A stretch of 38,528 bases of DNA from Jimgerdemannia flammicorona (taxonomy: Eukaryota), in NCBI GenBank assembly GCA_003990765.1, contig RBNJ01000160.1:1-38528 (forward strand), in the 5' to 3' direction. Of this stretch, positions 1 through 13,359 are shown one piece after another. Position numbers and translations under genes: made by a program. A model generated the notes under the pieces. It searched no databases. It was given only the letters and a program-made list of their open reading frames with translations, and was not told where the DNA came from. Positions within the stretch are counted from its first letter, which is position 1. The number at the start of each line of letters is the position of its first letter.

Positions 1-61
1 AAGTCCCTTGGACTCCGTCTTTATTACCAGTCTATGAATAAGTATACAATATCACCACCCA

Positions 62-3000
62 CTATCTGATCCCCATCGGGGGGCCCCTCCCCACCTCTTC
101 ACATATAAAGACCACTCTCTCACCAACAACTCCAACTCTCCCACCACTCTGATGACAGATTTTCACCACTAAGCGGTGCCTCTGACCCCCCTGCAGCCCC
201 CAACCAAGCCACCAGCCTGTCAAGGTATCCTCCATAAGGCACTGCCACTGTGATAACCTGCTCCCCAAGCTCTGCCACCTCTCCTCCTCAAATACAAATA
301 GCCAGTGACTGGCCAGCCCAACCCAAATAGCCAATGCCCAGCCTAGAGTAATCCACTCCTCCCCTATCCCTCCTATCAATCGATCCCTCAGGTCCTCCCA
401 CCTCTCCTGTACAATATCACCCCTACGCCTTACCCCCAAGCAGTTCCCAATGGCTTGCCAAAAGTCTCCCAATACCTCACACTCCCCTAGCCAATGTTCC
501 GGCATCTGTACAAATCCCCCTTCCTGCTCTACATTATAGCACTCCTCGCAGTCAAAGCAGCCCCCTACAACAAGGTGTCCTGAGCAGAAGTTAAGCATCA
601 CATTCCTCCTCAGCATGCACCACCAGACCACCCAGTACTTCGGCAGCATCCAATTTTTCACTGCGGCACTCTAGGTCCAAACCCCATGCCAGTCCCACTC
701 CTCACCAATTCCTACTCCTTGCCAACCACTAGGCCACAGATCCTGGCCTGGTCCCCTTTGGCATTCGATTCCATCACCAATGTCGAACTCAAGTAAAGGC
801 ATGCCTCCCAGAAGAACGCCATCCTATCTCCACATCGCTGGGCCCCAAGCCCTCTCCCCCTCATCCCCTTGCCAGCAAATATCAATGTGGTGAGCTCCCT
901 TGGTAATCCCCCACCAGAAGCCTTTATATCTCAGTTGCACAGTGTTCTGAAGCCCAACCAATGAAAGAAGGTCACCAGTTAAGCCTCTTGGAGATGTCCA
1001 CCTCTCCCAAACCTTCTGCAGCAGGGAAACCCAGCCCCCTCTATGCAACTCCACCACCCTCCGAAGCCACCATGTCCTCAAGCAGTGTAGTCTTTTGGGG
1101 AAGTCCACCAGCCCAAGACCACCTCTTGCCACCGGTAGGGACAAAGTCTCCCAACCAATCTGACTCTGTCTGTCAGCCCAAATCCATCCCTTGGCCACCC
1201 TCACCAATCTCTTCACCACTCAGACTGAGAAGTCCAGATGATAAGCCAAGTACCACAGCTTTGAGCCAATATACATTCAAAATCGAGATCCTTCCTGCCA
1301 GAGAGAAGTGTCTTCCCCCCCAACCCCACAGGTCCTCCTCCCAAATTCCAATCCTCTGCTCCCACCACAGCCTGGGCAGAACAGACTCATAGATCGACAA
1401 ATAGATGCCCAAGTACTGCACTGCCTCTCCAGTGGGGACAATTGTTCCAATAACTTCCCCACCCACCAGGCCATTGCCCAGCACCATTGTTTCACACTTG
1501 TGCCAATTCAGCTTCACCCCAGAGTTCTCCTCATACCACTCTACTGTCTTCTTGAGCTCCTCGATATCTGCAGTCACTCCCAAACCAACCACTATGTCAT
1601 CTGCAAAGGCTCCAACTTTCCAGCCAATGCTATAGATAGAGAGCCCCACTATTCTCTGCCGAATTCTGTCCATTAGGGGTTCCAAGGAAAGAGTATACAA
1701 AATGGGGGACAATGGGTCCCCCTGGGGCACTCCCCTACCCAGAGGGAATGCTACCCCTCTATGCCCATTATACATGAGCACAGCCCTACTCCTTTCCAGT
1801 AGGCTGACCATCGCTGACCGAAATGGGACCAGAACTCCAATTCTATCTAATACTTTCGCCAGCCAGACTCGCTGCACCCGGTCATAAGCCTTCTCCTGGT
1901 CCAAGAAGACAAGATGCCCATCCAGTCCACAGGCTCGAGCACCTTCAATAACTCTATGTACCCAGGCTGTGCCATCTCGAATAAGCTGACCCCCTATGAA
2001 GCCCCTCTGCTCAACACCTACAATTTGCTGGGCCACCTTCTGTAGCCTTGCGACCACCACCTTAGTCACCAACTTTCTGTCTATATCTAGTAACATTATT
2101 GGCCACCAATTCTTCCAATCTTCTCGCCTTCCTTTGTTCTTATAGAGCAGTGTCACCAGCCCAAGATCCTGCTCCCCCACCCATCTCCCTGACTGCAATA
2201 TAGAGTTGCACAGTGCTGTCAACTCCCCCAACATGCCTGGGACTCCAACCATTCACTTCCAGAAGTCCCAGGAGAGGCCATCCTCCCCAGGCACTGTACC
2301 CGAGGCTGTTGTGGTAAGAACCTGGTAGATCTCTTCCTCCTTTACAGGTATCACCAGGTCACCTAATCCCTCAGCTTGTAGTGGGTGCCAATCTTCTAAT
2401 GTTTGGTCAATAGCTATAGCATCTGCCCCACCCTCCTCCTCGCTCCACAATCCACTCCATCACACCTTCAGCATTCCAAGGATATCCTGTACACCATGTA
2501 CTAGTATACCCTCCAAGTCAAGTACCCCTTCCCACTGTTGCTATACCCTTCTCGCTCGAAGTGTCCTCATGAGAAACTTGGAAGACCTCTCCCCTTCCTC
2601 CAGCCCCTGCCAATGAAGCCATGCCACCAGGCCTTGCATCCATGATTCTTCCTCCTCCCACAGCACCTGTTGTAGTTCCCCAACCTCCATCTTTACCCTT
2701 GTTATTCTCCAATCCTCTACTCTCTCCACTACTGCCAGTCTTGCCCACTCCTCCAGGAGCCTAGCCAATCTAGTAGAAGCCCAATGCACTCTCCACCTTT
2801 GCTGCTTCCCAGCCACTCTGCCAGCCTCGCTCCAATACATCCTGGCCATCTCTTTCATCCTCATCCACCAAACCCCAATTTTGGCCCCTTTCTACCACCA
2901 ATTCACCACCTTCAGCTGAATGTCTTTCGCCCACTCCTTCCACCAGGACTCATCATTCAACAAGGAGAAATTTAGGCACCAATATCCAGGCCCATCACCA

Positions 3001-3716
3001 CTTCCCCCAAAGCACCCCTGTCCCAAAAGGCCCCAGTGATCTGATCACGGACACCATTCCACCTCTAGCACCTTTCAAACATCGTGGCCCCAACAGTCAG
3101 CTGACAGAATCCAGTCAATCCTTGTCCCCAGACCTCCAGCCCAGTGCATATAGACCCTCCTGTCCCCCCAGTACTCCCTACCAGCATCCACCAGTGTTCC
3201 TAGCCTCTCGACCTCCTCCTACATCGCCAGCCCCCCACTCTTGCTCTCAGCACCCCATCCTCCATCAGTTCTATCCAGCCATACATCTCGAACCATATTG
3301 AAATCTCCTCCAAGCATATCCAACCCAGCTTCAGCAAGGATCCCACTCTCTAGGAGCTCTTTCACCCAATCCACACACTCCCCCTGCACAGCAGGACAGT
3401 AACAGGAGCCAACTGTGACTGGCTCCCAACTTGCACGAATCCACTCACCCTAGACCAGTCTCTCCCACCAGCTTCTCACATCCCTTATCTCCCCTCTGCC
3501 TTTCCGAACCAGAATCCCGACCTTGCTGTTCCAAATCGCCATGCCACCCCATTCCTTAGACCATTCCATCCTATCAGAATCATTCTTGCACCTGACATCC
3601 TACAAGAGGAAGAGATCAGCCTCCAATCCCTTCAATCAGATAAAAATGTTCCTGCATCTAACTGCACCCCTCAGCCTATTCACGTTCAAAGAAAAAATAT
3701 TAGTTGTACTGTTCAT
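62..3716 (-). pseudogene. LINE ORF2: AP endonuclease + reverse transcriptase + C-terminal zinc finger, with several in-frame stops and one frameshift near 1220-1260
   Basis: Starts MNSTTNIFSLNVN at 3716. APE motifs LGGDFN (~3297-3314) and SDH (3036-3044). RT motifs WPIMLLDIDRK, FLDQEKAYDRV, GVPQGDPLSPILY, AFADD, YLGI. C-terminal CFDCEEC...EHWLGEC. The APE and RT segments share one reading frame. Confidence 0.93.
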
Positions 3717-3746
3717 AATAAAATACAGTTTGTTCTCAATCCATCT

Positions 3747-5777
3747 CTACTGCTCCAAGCCCATCTCCTCCTGTGTCATATCCAGATTATATTCAGCTAT
3801 CACCTCCTCCTCTTCAGCCCTCTGAGCCTCTAGTCCAGCCAACAGCTCATTCATTTCCTCATCAGCCTTCTCCTCAAACTCCTCTCTGTACTCGATGCAA
3901 GCCTCCTGCCAAAGCTGCAATCCATGATGCCTGTTCCAACAGTACTCAGCCTTCTCCCCAGTGACAACTGCCAACTCTGCCTCCCTCTCCTTGTCCACCT
4001 CATACCCTTCCTCCTCCAGATACACTGTGAGAATTTCTGCCTTCAGCACCATCACCACACCTTCCCTCTGCAAAATTCGCATCCAGTACTCGTCACCCAT
4101 CCCATGTAAGTCCACCTTCCCCAGCTCTTCTGCTGTCAGATTATTCATCATCTGGCATATCCAAAGTAGATTCCCCACCTCCTTCCCACCAGGGGTCACT
4201 GGCCTCCCTCCATCCAGCATCATGGTGTCAGCTCCAGCGCTCGCATCCTCATCCCATACCTCTGGGACATCCACCAGTTCCTCCTCTCCAGCCGCCACTA
4301 CTTGGTCCCCATTCATTACTTCTGGAATGCTGAATTTCACCTACTGGGTCCCCAGCATCATCAGGTCCTCCCCAGACTTGTGTCTGGAAGCCAGGCCATA
4401 CCTGATAAGAGGGGAAGGGGTGGGGGAGTTCTCTCAGACTTCATCCCAAACCTCCAAGGTGCCATCAGCATATGGATCGCTAATCTTCACCTCTTTTGCC
4501 TTCCCTGACTTTGCCCCATCATTCCCACTCCTCTCACCAGCCCAGATACTCGCTCCAGCCCCTTCTGCATCTGTCTTCATGCTCGCATCCTTCTGTAGTC
4601 CATCCCCCAGTTTAGCCAGCAGATCCTTCTGCCTCTTCCTCCCCTGAGCCCTTTCCCACTGCACCTTGTCCACTCGAATCCTCTTTCCATCCACTACCTC
4701 CAGGTGTGTCAACTCCTCGAAAGTCTTCCAGGCCTTAGCTCACCATTCCACAGCCCTATCCAGCTCCTCCAGTGCTTCCAATAAATCTTCCTCCTCTTCT
4801 TTACTTCCTTTCACCCATGTCACCTTACACAGGAATGCTCCCCAAACCATCACTGAAGGCTAGTCCCTTGTCTTCCCAGTAGCCTCTTTCCTAGCCAGCT
4901 AAATCCTCACATCCATGTCCCCAGTCCTGAGCGTGGTCCCTTCCCAGACCCTGAATCCAATATCCACCACCTCTCCATACTCTGCCATGACATCCTCCAC
5001 TCCCTTCCTCATCTCCATCACTATCACCATGGGTACTCCTTTCACCAACAGTTGGACCACCCTCGGATCCCATTTCAAACACCTCGCCATCAGAACACAC
5101 ACCTCCCCAACCACCAACCCAACCTTCAGTGCCTCCTCCAGTGGTTCAACCTCCTCAAAACCCACCTCCACCCCCTCCAGCCCCTTCAGAAACTTCACTG
5201 ATGCTGCTCCTACCACCTGCTTAGCAATAAGCCCCAACACCATTTTCGCCATCACTGCCAAGCCCTGGAAGCACAATGTGACTGCGAATGCCGAGATCGA
5301 CTTCTTGAGTAACAGAGCCACCACTAGTCCCATTACACTATCCACCAGGTCCCCGGGCCTTGTGCCCTTCCCACTACTCAGCTCACTATCAGCAGTCCCA
5401 TCTAGATTTTTTTCCAGATCGCCCATCACACCCCCATCAGCAGTCCCCACCCCAGTCACTACCCCCCCAGCTCCATTCCTATGGCCCTCCAGAGAGGAAC
5501 CCCCAAGAGGTTGCTGCCTGGTAGCCTTCACTGGTACCTTCCCCCCTCTCAGCCAGCTCTCCAGTCCAGCTCCTTGCTGACTCCCCTTCACCTTCTCTGC
5601 AAAGCTCACCCTGCCAGACCCTTGACCTCCAGCTCCTCCCCCTCCTCCACTGTGGTCTCCCACCAGTAGGCCCCTCATACTTCCCCCCAAGCCGGGGTCT
5701 CTCCCCACTTGCTGCCATTCAAACGCTCCAGGGCCACCCTGCCCAGTATACACCTCCAGATGCTCGTTGGTTGCCAT
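3747..5777 (-). pseudogene. LINE ORF1 (~676 codons) broken by in-frame stops
   Basis: ORF-track pieces 4899..5777, 4434..4712 and 3747..4340 are all in the same frame. Contains an RRM-like L1/Tx1 ORF1 segment (LLVKGVPM...YGEV...RTGDMDVRI) and an acidic coiled-coil-like C-terminus. Ends 30 nt before the ORF2 ATG. Confidence 0.8.
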
Positions 5778-6164
5778 GATACTAGTAGCTTTTCTCCAGA
5801 AACTGTGTTGAAAGTGTTGCCAAAAGATTGTGTAACCTGAATGTTACTGGAGAAAGATGAGGATGGCCCTGGTTTGCTGTATCTATTAAAGAGCAGTAGG
5901 AGGAAGGCAATGGTGATGAGTTGTACCTTTATCAATATCAGATCAGTGATTCTTCCACTTTTTCAAGGTTTCTGATACCTCTGGATATATCTGGAATATA
6001 CCTGTTTTAGTACAGCATCTTCTTCCTTTTGCTATTATTAATAATATATTATCTTAGAATATTACAAACTATGTAGAGAGTTAGCTGACCTTGGGTGTCA
6101 AGTATCAGTAAAGATTCTAGCAGATCTTTAATATCTGTAACAGACCCTCTGAGTTTTGGCAAGC

Positions 6165-6940
6165 TTTTTTTTTTTTAACAGACTCAAGTTCTGTAAATTT
6201 TTATTGAAAGAAAATCTAGACTATAGGCCAAACCCCTCCTCCATCCCCTCACTGAGCACTATACCTCTATTAAACCTAGGCTAGCTATTTTTCAGCAGCT
6301 CAACTATATCAGATATAGCAGAGCTTATATTAGCCTATACCTTATTGTATATATTATACTCTCTCTACTATTAGGAGGAAAGTAACCATATATCTATAAC
6401 TAAAGACATATACTAAAAACTCTAATATATATACAAGACCATATCTAAACTAAATAAAATAGCCTCCACTGCTCCAAATAGAGTAATAGGTAAAGAAAAT
6501 CTCCTTAAGAAATATAGAATGATAAAAAGGACCTAGTTCTCTCTGATAAGATGAATAGAGAACTTATATATAAGGTGAGAGGAGATCTCTAATATCCCAC
6601 TACTCAAGTCTGCAGACCTTGATTATGTTACTATATTAGCTCTCAGTTCCAGTTAAGTATAGCCAAGACATCTGACCTGAGTAGTCTCAGGCCCCCTAGC
6701 AACCTTCAAATGATCAAGACCCAATCTCATATATTACTAAGAGCTGTCAAGAGTGATATCTACTATCTAACCACCCCATACCAATTAGAAGACTCTACTA
6801 ATATAGTACTCATCTCAGCTCTAATAACCATCACTAGTCTACTGGTTTACTATAATTACTCTTTCTCTTATTTATGATAGCCATCTCTTCTTCCATCCTA
6901 ACTCTACTCAAAAAATAGTTATCTATATCAGAACCATACT
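6165..6940 (-). mobile_element. Degenerate poly(A)-tailed repeat fragment (unclassified family X, probably the 3' end of a non-LTR element)
   Basis: T-run at ~6165-6177, with AATAAA ~25 nt upstream on the minus strand. Inverted homologue at 7335-8109. Confidence 0.55.
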
Positions 6941-6949
6941 TGCCAAGAA

Positions 6950-7230
6950 GCTTATCAAAGCTCAGAGAATACTATTATAGGTACTGAAAACCTGTAGGTA
7001 ATCTATACTAGCACTCAATATCTAGTTTATAATATATCAAGATAATACCTGGTTAGTGATAATAAAAGGAAGAAGGTGCTATACTAAAACAGATATATTT
7101 CAGATATAGTCAAAGATACTAAAAACTGTAAAAAAGTAGAGAAAGTACTGATTTAATACTGATAAAGAGATAATATATGTATTACTATTATCTCTCTTCT
7201 ACTACTTTACAATAGATACAGCAAATTAAC
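6950..7230 (+). repeat. Inverted degenerate copy of the putative LINE-A 5'UTR (5870-6165)
   Basis: For example aaaaggaagaaggtgctatactaaaacagatatatttcagatata (from ~7064) versus the rc of ~5986-6030, aaaaggaagaagatgctgtactaaaacaggtatattccagatata. Confidence 0.75.
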
Positions 7231-7334
7231 CCAAGATAGAGAAAGTATAGGTTATAGAAAGAAGACTCAAAAGATTATCTACCAAAATCTTATAATTAGT
7301 ATAGTAGTAGAGAAAAGTACTGACTTTAATAAGG

Positions 7335-8106
7335 GCACAGTTCTAATATAGATAACTGTTTTTTAGATAGTGTTAGAATAGAAGAAAAGATAGCTATCAC
7401 AGATTAGAGGAAGGATAATTATAGTAGACCAGTTAGATATCAGACTAGTGATAGTTATTGAGATTGTTAAATACTATATGTATCAGTGGGGCTTCTGATT
7501 AGTATAAGGTGGTTAAATAGTAGATATTACTCTCAGTAGCTCTTAGTGATAAGTGAGATTAGGCTTTAGTTATTTGAAATTATTGAGAGGCCTGAGACTA
7601 TCCAGATCAGATATTTAGACTATACTTAACTAGAACTAAGAGCTGATATAGTGATATAATTGAGACCTATAGGCTTGAGTAGTAAAATATTGAGGGTCTT
7701 CTTCTATCTTATATATAAGTTCTTTACTTATTCCATTAGGAAGAACTAGATCCTATCCACTATTTTATATCTTTTGGAGAATTTTATCTTTACCTGTTAC
7801 TCTATTTAGAGTAGTGAGAGCTTTGCTCTGGCTCTGATATAATCTTATATATATATTGGAGTTTTAGATATATGTTTTTAGTTATTAATATATAGTCACT
7901 TTCTCTTTAGTAATAGTGAGAATATATATACAGAATGAGGTATAGGCTAACTTAAGCCTTGCTATATCTAATATAGTAGAGTTACTAAACAATAGTAAGT
8001 CTAGATTAATAGAGATATAATATTTGGGGGGGAGAGTTGAGGGGGGGAATTTGGCCTATATAGTCTAGATTCTCTTCTAATAAAATTCTATGAGATATTA
8101 AGTCTG

Positions 8107-8109
<3 letters not shown>
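7335..8109 (+). mobile_element. Second copy of family X, ending in a (TA)n tail
   Basis: Aligns in inverted orientation to 6177-6940, differing mostly by transitions. AATAAA at ~8079, followed by the TA microsatellite. Confidence 0.6.
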
Positions 8110-8146
<37 letters not shown>

Positions 8147-8162
8147 TTATATATATTTATAA
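8108..8162. repeat. (TA)n microsatellite
   Basis: Direct TA run with a few TT interruptions. Confidence 0.95.
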
Positions 8163-8315
8163 TATTTAATCATTATTTATCAACAGTACTACTTAAGGCA
8201 AATATAAAAACAGATATAAATAATTATAATTAAAATATTTATAACTTATAAAATATTAAGATAATACAAATAAACTTTGATACAGAATGATAACTATTAT
8301 GAATCATTGAAGAGC

Positions 8316-9822
8316 TCATTGATGATCCTTTATCCTATACTTGCATTCTTGATATAAGGATACAGCAAAGTACACCTTGTCAGGGAGATCACTCCAGGCT
8401 GTCCCGTAATTGATCCCATTGATTGAAAGAGCACAGGTATGGTGATTTAAGTTTAAATGAAAGGTTATGACATCGCCATTTTCAATACGTTTGCCATATT
8501 TGACGTACTTCGTTCCAACTACCACAAAATTGGCAGTGCCTTCAGTATAAAAACTCCATGCATTTTGCAGATTTAAAATGCTATGGTCAAAATCGGTGAA
8601 TTTCTCTCCAACGAGCCCAAGCATACAGATGCCGTGGTTGCCATACGATCCAATGGATTCAACGACAATATCCCATTCGCATAAACCGTTGTGAACCTTC
8701 GTCCCGGGGACAGAAAGCCTTGCTGTCCATTGCGAAGTCCCCAATGGAAGCTCCACCACCTTGCCATCTTCTGAAACGACCACTAGGGGACCGATTTTCG
8801 ATCGATCCCACTGGAGATTGACACTGTGACCCGCCCCTCCGCGACTTGCAGACGGGTGACCGGTAGGGCATATGGTGTTTTTGCAGGCATGATGGCAAAA
8901 CGCCATGTAGTGTGGAGAGGTCTCCGCAAACGCGTCAACTGCCTCCACAAGGGTCTTGAGTCGATGTGGGCAGATGAGTGTGAGGTCAAAGTGGCTCATC
9001 ATTTTGAGCAGCAAGGCGCGCGACGCACTATCTCCAAGAGGAACCGTGCCGTCGCACCCCGCAACCATATCGTTGATGTCATGCAAAACAGCTCGACGCT
9101 CCGAAACCGACGGCGCGTTCGCGTTGCGTCCCCATACCCAGTCGACGACGCACAGCAAAAGATCGTGCTCTGACGTGGAAAGTGTGGCTGTCTCGGTGAG
9201 GAGTAGCTCGAGGGCCTCTTCGGAGAGATCGGTCAGCTCACCGACGGCAAGCTTGTGAGCACGGAAAGGATTGAGGAGCACGGTATAGAGGTCCTTGTTG
9301 GCTTCGCTCCATGGGATGGCAGCGACGGCTTCATTGAGAAGCGATGAGGCGACACCGAAATCAGCGAGGTCATGCGCGCGCTCCAGCACCATCTTCATGA
9401 GCTTCGGGAGGAGGAGAAAGTTCGCTGCGTGGTATATTCCTACCGCGACGGAAATGTTGACAGCATTATCGATGGTTTCGGTGTGAATGAAGCCAAGGAC
9501 GATGTTGAGCACTGTCGAGGTGATGTCGTTGAGGACGACGCGATGAGAGGAACCCTCTCGCATGTTCCCGTACAGCATTGCCTTGAAGACCGGGCATCTT
9601 TTAATAAACCACATGAACTCAAATATTAGGAAAGTGTCATAGGAAGTGATAAACTGTGTAAAAGAGTCGAAATCGGACAAACCTTGAAGCCAATACGGCA
9701 CGGCATGCGCCCACCTCGACGCCGTCAGCGCAGACGATGGTCACATCGTGATAAGTCGAGTCCTTCCAGATGGAGGCGATATCGTCCTTGAGGTTAAGAC
9801 CGCTGTCAGATTGCTCGACCAT
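8316..9822 (-). CDS. BTB/POZ-BACK-SPRY(B30.2) protein, copy 1 (~473 aa; exons 9822-9683, 9597-8316)
   Basis: BTB: DVTIVCADGVEVGACRAVLASR|CPVFKAML...FIHT. BACK: LSEEALELLL...EHDLLLCVVDW. SPRY: WDIVV...GLV...YGKRIENGDVITFHLNL...INGINYG...YFAVSL. An 85-nt GT-AG phase-2 intron restores the frame. Confidence 0.9.
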
Positions 9823-10644
9823 GTTTATAAAAGGGAGAGAAATAAAATGGATGGTCTCTGTTTTGGTATATCAGAATCGTGGCGCAGTGTTGACAAGGCT
9901 GGTAAAAACCATTTCGGCGTTACACATGGATTTAATTAATTATTGAACACACCTTCGATGTTGCAAATGTCGAGATTACTACAGCGTTGATCCTGCACAT
10001 GGAAATGGAGTGCATTGCGGAGCATCTAACTCAACGCATCGGATTGCGATGCCACGTCTTGATCATAAGCAGTGATTTACACTGTGTCTAGGCAGTTCAT
10101 GTGAAATAAAATACGAGCGCTTCACTTGATTCTGTGGTCTCTAATCCTCTAGTGCGCCAAACGACCCCAACAATTACGAGGGATACGTAGAGAACATGCT
10201 GAGGAAGCGACAGGAATACGTATATATGCTGATAATCTAAATTGTTGTTCCAGTTATTCTAATTACCAATTCCATGTAGTATAATATATCAAAAAAAAAA
10301 AAAAGTTATTTCGACCATTCAAACATTATTGGATATGCTAGTTAAAAGTTCGGCCCTGCCTCCATTGCTTACGGGTCAAGGTAGTTTGTGCTGCGTGGAA
10401 TATACGTTGAATTTCGCTCCGAAATCTGGATCGAATGCAAGAGTTCGAATATAGACTTTATATCCAATAGCATTTATTGTTAACATTCAATATCTACTTG
10501 ACAATGACTCTACTCAAGATGAATATAAAAGGCAGGAACTGGTATGAATAGTTACAGCTACAATATATATAACTCATTCAAGACATTACAAAATAGGATT
10601 TGATAACTATTGCTAAGCTAAGAGTGGACGCACCATTTATAACT

Positions 10645-12101
10645 TCATCGGCGATCCTTTATCCGATACTTACATCCTTGCCATAAAGAAACGGCAGGGT
10701 ATACCTTGTTAGGGAGATTGCTCCCGGCTATCCCGTGATTGATTCCATTGATCAAAACGGCAAAGGTGCGGTCATTTACATTTAAATGCAAGGTTATGAC
10801 ATCGCCCCTGTGAATACGTTTGCCATAATTATAATTCATACAATTTTTTTTGACTAAACGTAGTACAGTTTTCGTGGTTGTAGAAATAGAACCCCAATGA
10901 ATATCGCTAGGCTGACATGCTACTATCAAATTTGCGAATTTGTCTCCAATAAGCCCAATCATACAGACGCCGCGAGTGCTAACGGATTCAACGACAATGT
11001 CCCATTAGCAGAGACCGTTGTGAGCCTTCGTCCCGGGGAAAGAAAGCCGTGCTGTCTGTTCTGTCTTTGTCGAAGCCCCTGATGGAAGTTCCACAACCTG
11101 ACCATCTTCCGAAACGACCACTCGAGAACCGATTTTCCATCGATCCCACTGGAGGTCGACATTGTGACGCGCCTCTCCGCAACTTGCGGACGGATGACCT
11201 GTAGGGCATACGGTGTTCTTACAGGCGTGATGGTAAAACGCCATATAGTGTGGAGAAGTCTCCGCAAACGCATCAACTGCTTCTGTGAGGGTCTTGAGTC
11301 GATGCGAGCAAATGAGCGTGAGCTTAAAGTGGCTCATCATTTTGACCATCAAGGCGCGTGACGCACCATCTCCTAGCCGGACCGTGCTGTCGCACCCTGC
11401 AACCATATCGTTGATGTCATGCAGAACGGAACGGCGATCTGAAGACGACGGAGCGTTCTCGTTGCTTCCCCAGACCCAGTCGACGACGCACAGCAATAGT
11501 TCGTGCTCTGGCGTGGAAAGGGTGGCTGCCTCGGTGAGGGACTCTTCGGAAAGGTCAGTCAGCTCACCGATGGCAAGTTTGCGAGCGCGGAAGGGGTTGA
11601 GGAGCACATCCGTACAGGTTCTTGTTGGCTTCGCTCCACGGGATGGTGGCGACAGCTTCGTTGAGAAGCAATGAGGCGACACCAAAATTAGCAAGGTCGT
11701 GTGCGCGTTCTAGCACCACCTTCATGAGCTTCGGGAGGAGAGAAAGCTTGCCGAACGGTATATTCCTATGACGATGGAAATGTTGACGGTGTTAACGATG
11801 GTCTCGGTGTGAATGAAGCCGAGGAGGACGACGCGATGAATAACTCTCTGGCATATTTCCGTACAGCATCGCCTTGAAGACCGGGAATCTATTATTAGAT
11901 CATATGTAATAAAGTATGTGGAAAGTGTTATGAAAAGCGACAAACTGTGTAAGGGAATCGAATCGGACGAACCTTGAAGCGAGTATGGCACGGTACGCGC
12001 CTATCAGAGCAGACGATGGTCACATCGTGGTAGGTTGTGTCCTTCCAGATGGAGGCGATATCGTCCCTGACATTAAGACCGCTATCGGATCGCTCGACCA
12101 T
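10645..12101 (-). pseudogene. BTB-BACK-SPRY pseudogene, copy 2
   Basis: Collinear with copy 1, but with a frameshifting deletion in exon 1 (GVEV lost), a deletion in the BTB, and further frameshifts that split the protein over several ORFs. Confidence 0.88.
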
Positions 12102-13359
12102 GTTTGTGGGAGCGAGAAAAGCAAAGAGTTTTGTTTCGGATGGTTGAGGTGTGTGTACCAGAATCGTGGTGCAGCGTTAACAAGGTTGGTGTCATCAAAG
12201 TTGATCGCCATATAATTAATAAAGGTGCTGAATTTCTTTGTAAGGCAACCTGTCGAACCTGAAAAGCGACCTATGGATGTGCGGATTCCTAGAACAACCC
12301 GCTCCTTGCCTGCATGCACGTATATCCCAATAGTTCGAACCTTCAAAGATTGACTCTATTAACAACGACGAATATCCACTATTTCCTATCCAAAATTGCT
12401 CCTATGAGCCTGTGCGTAAGCCTGTACGTAAGCCTACACATACCTTTTCAGCTTGCATAGAGCGATTTCAGCTTTCGTGGAGCGCCAAGTGGACCTTTGC
12501 GCTAATGTTCCTCGTCATCGATAAAGCCTTAACCCGGCAAAATCTTTTTTAGCCACCATTTTTGACGCTATTTTTTTGCAATAGTGTTAAAACGCTAAGC
12601 TTTCAAACTTAGCATACTTTGGCTGGTGAGGGACGCCGATGACTCGACACAATCATCCTTATTGATCGCCACTGTTACAGTATAATAAAATTATTCACCC
12701 TTGAGCCTATCGAAAAAAAAAAAGAAAACATCCCCGTAAATCAGAAAATGTCGGCACCAAAGTAATATGGTGAACATTTATCGTGGTATGACTGAAATAG
12801 GGAATCGTACTTGAGCATTGAACGTATTACGGCGGTTGTTGGTATTTTGGCCTGTTTGTGGTGACCGCTTGGAGGATATCAATTATCTCCCAATGTCCTG
12901 CGCGTTGTTGGAGGCGAATGGCTTTTAAGGATTCAATATAATCGAACATATATACTCCGTGACCTAAATAGCGGCCACTCGAAATATATACGAGAATTGA
13001 GCAAACACGCGTTATATAAGAACACCAATCTTCGCAGAGAAAGACCGTTTGCGGTCGCCATTTTCAGTGCAATCATCGCCAACTGAGACATTATGGCAGA
13101 TATGGTTTGTCGGACAATATGCCATCGAACAAGAAGCTTCAACACATCGTAACGGTAAGTAGCAGATGCATGGAGAAAATTTTACACATGTGATGCCATT
13201 AAACATGAGTCAAGCAAATCAAGATGGCAAATGTAACCCAGCGCCAATCTATGAAAATTTTATACGAGCTACCCAAACAAGTATTCGTGAAGTGTTCCCT
13301 CAACTCTATCTATTTTTTTTTTTTTTTTTTCTTCAATACACGTCCGCCTCCATCTCGCC

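Larger units (their letters stand above)
1..6165 (-). mobile_element. Near full-length non-LTR retrotransposon (LINE, L1/Tx1-like), inactivated by stop codons (LINE-A)
   Basis: ORF1 plus ORF2 (APE-RT-CCHC) on the minus strand. The 3' end (rc ...taataaagacggagtccaagggactt) matches the pre-poly(A) end of the related copy at 26947-26974, so the tail should lie just left of the window. The putative 5'UTR is 5778-6165; the 5' boundary is approximate. Confidence 0.93.

Noticed and set aside
961..5669. Plus-strand S/P/T-rich ORFs (e.g. 3961..4647, 4915..5580)
   Set aside because: Antisense shadows of the purine-rich LINE coding strand.
12933..13206. Possible small gene downstream of the PB1 gene
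   Set aside because: No consistent splice model or recognisable protein could be built.
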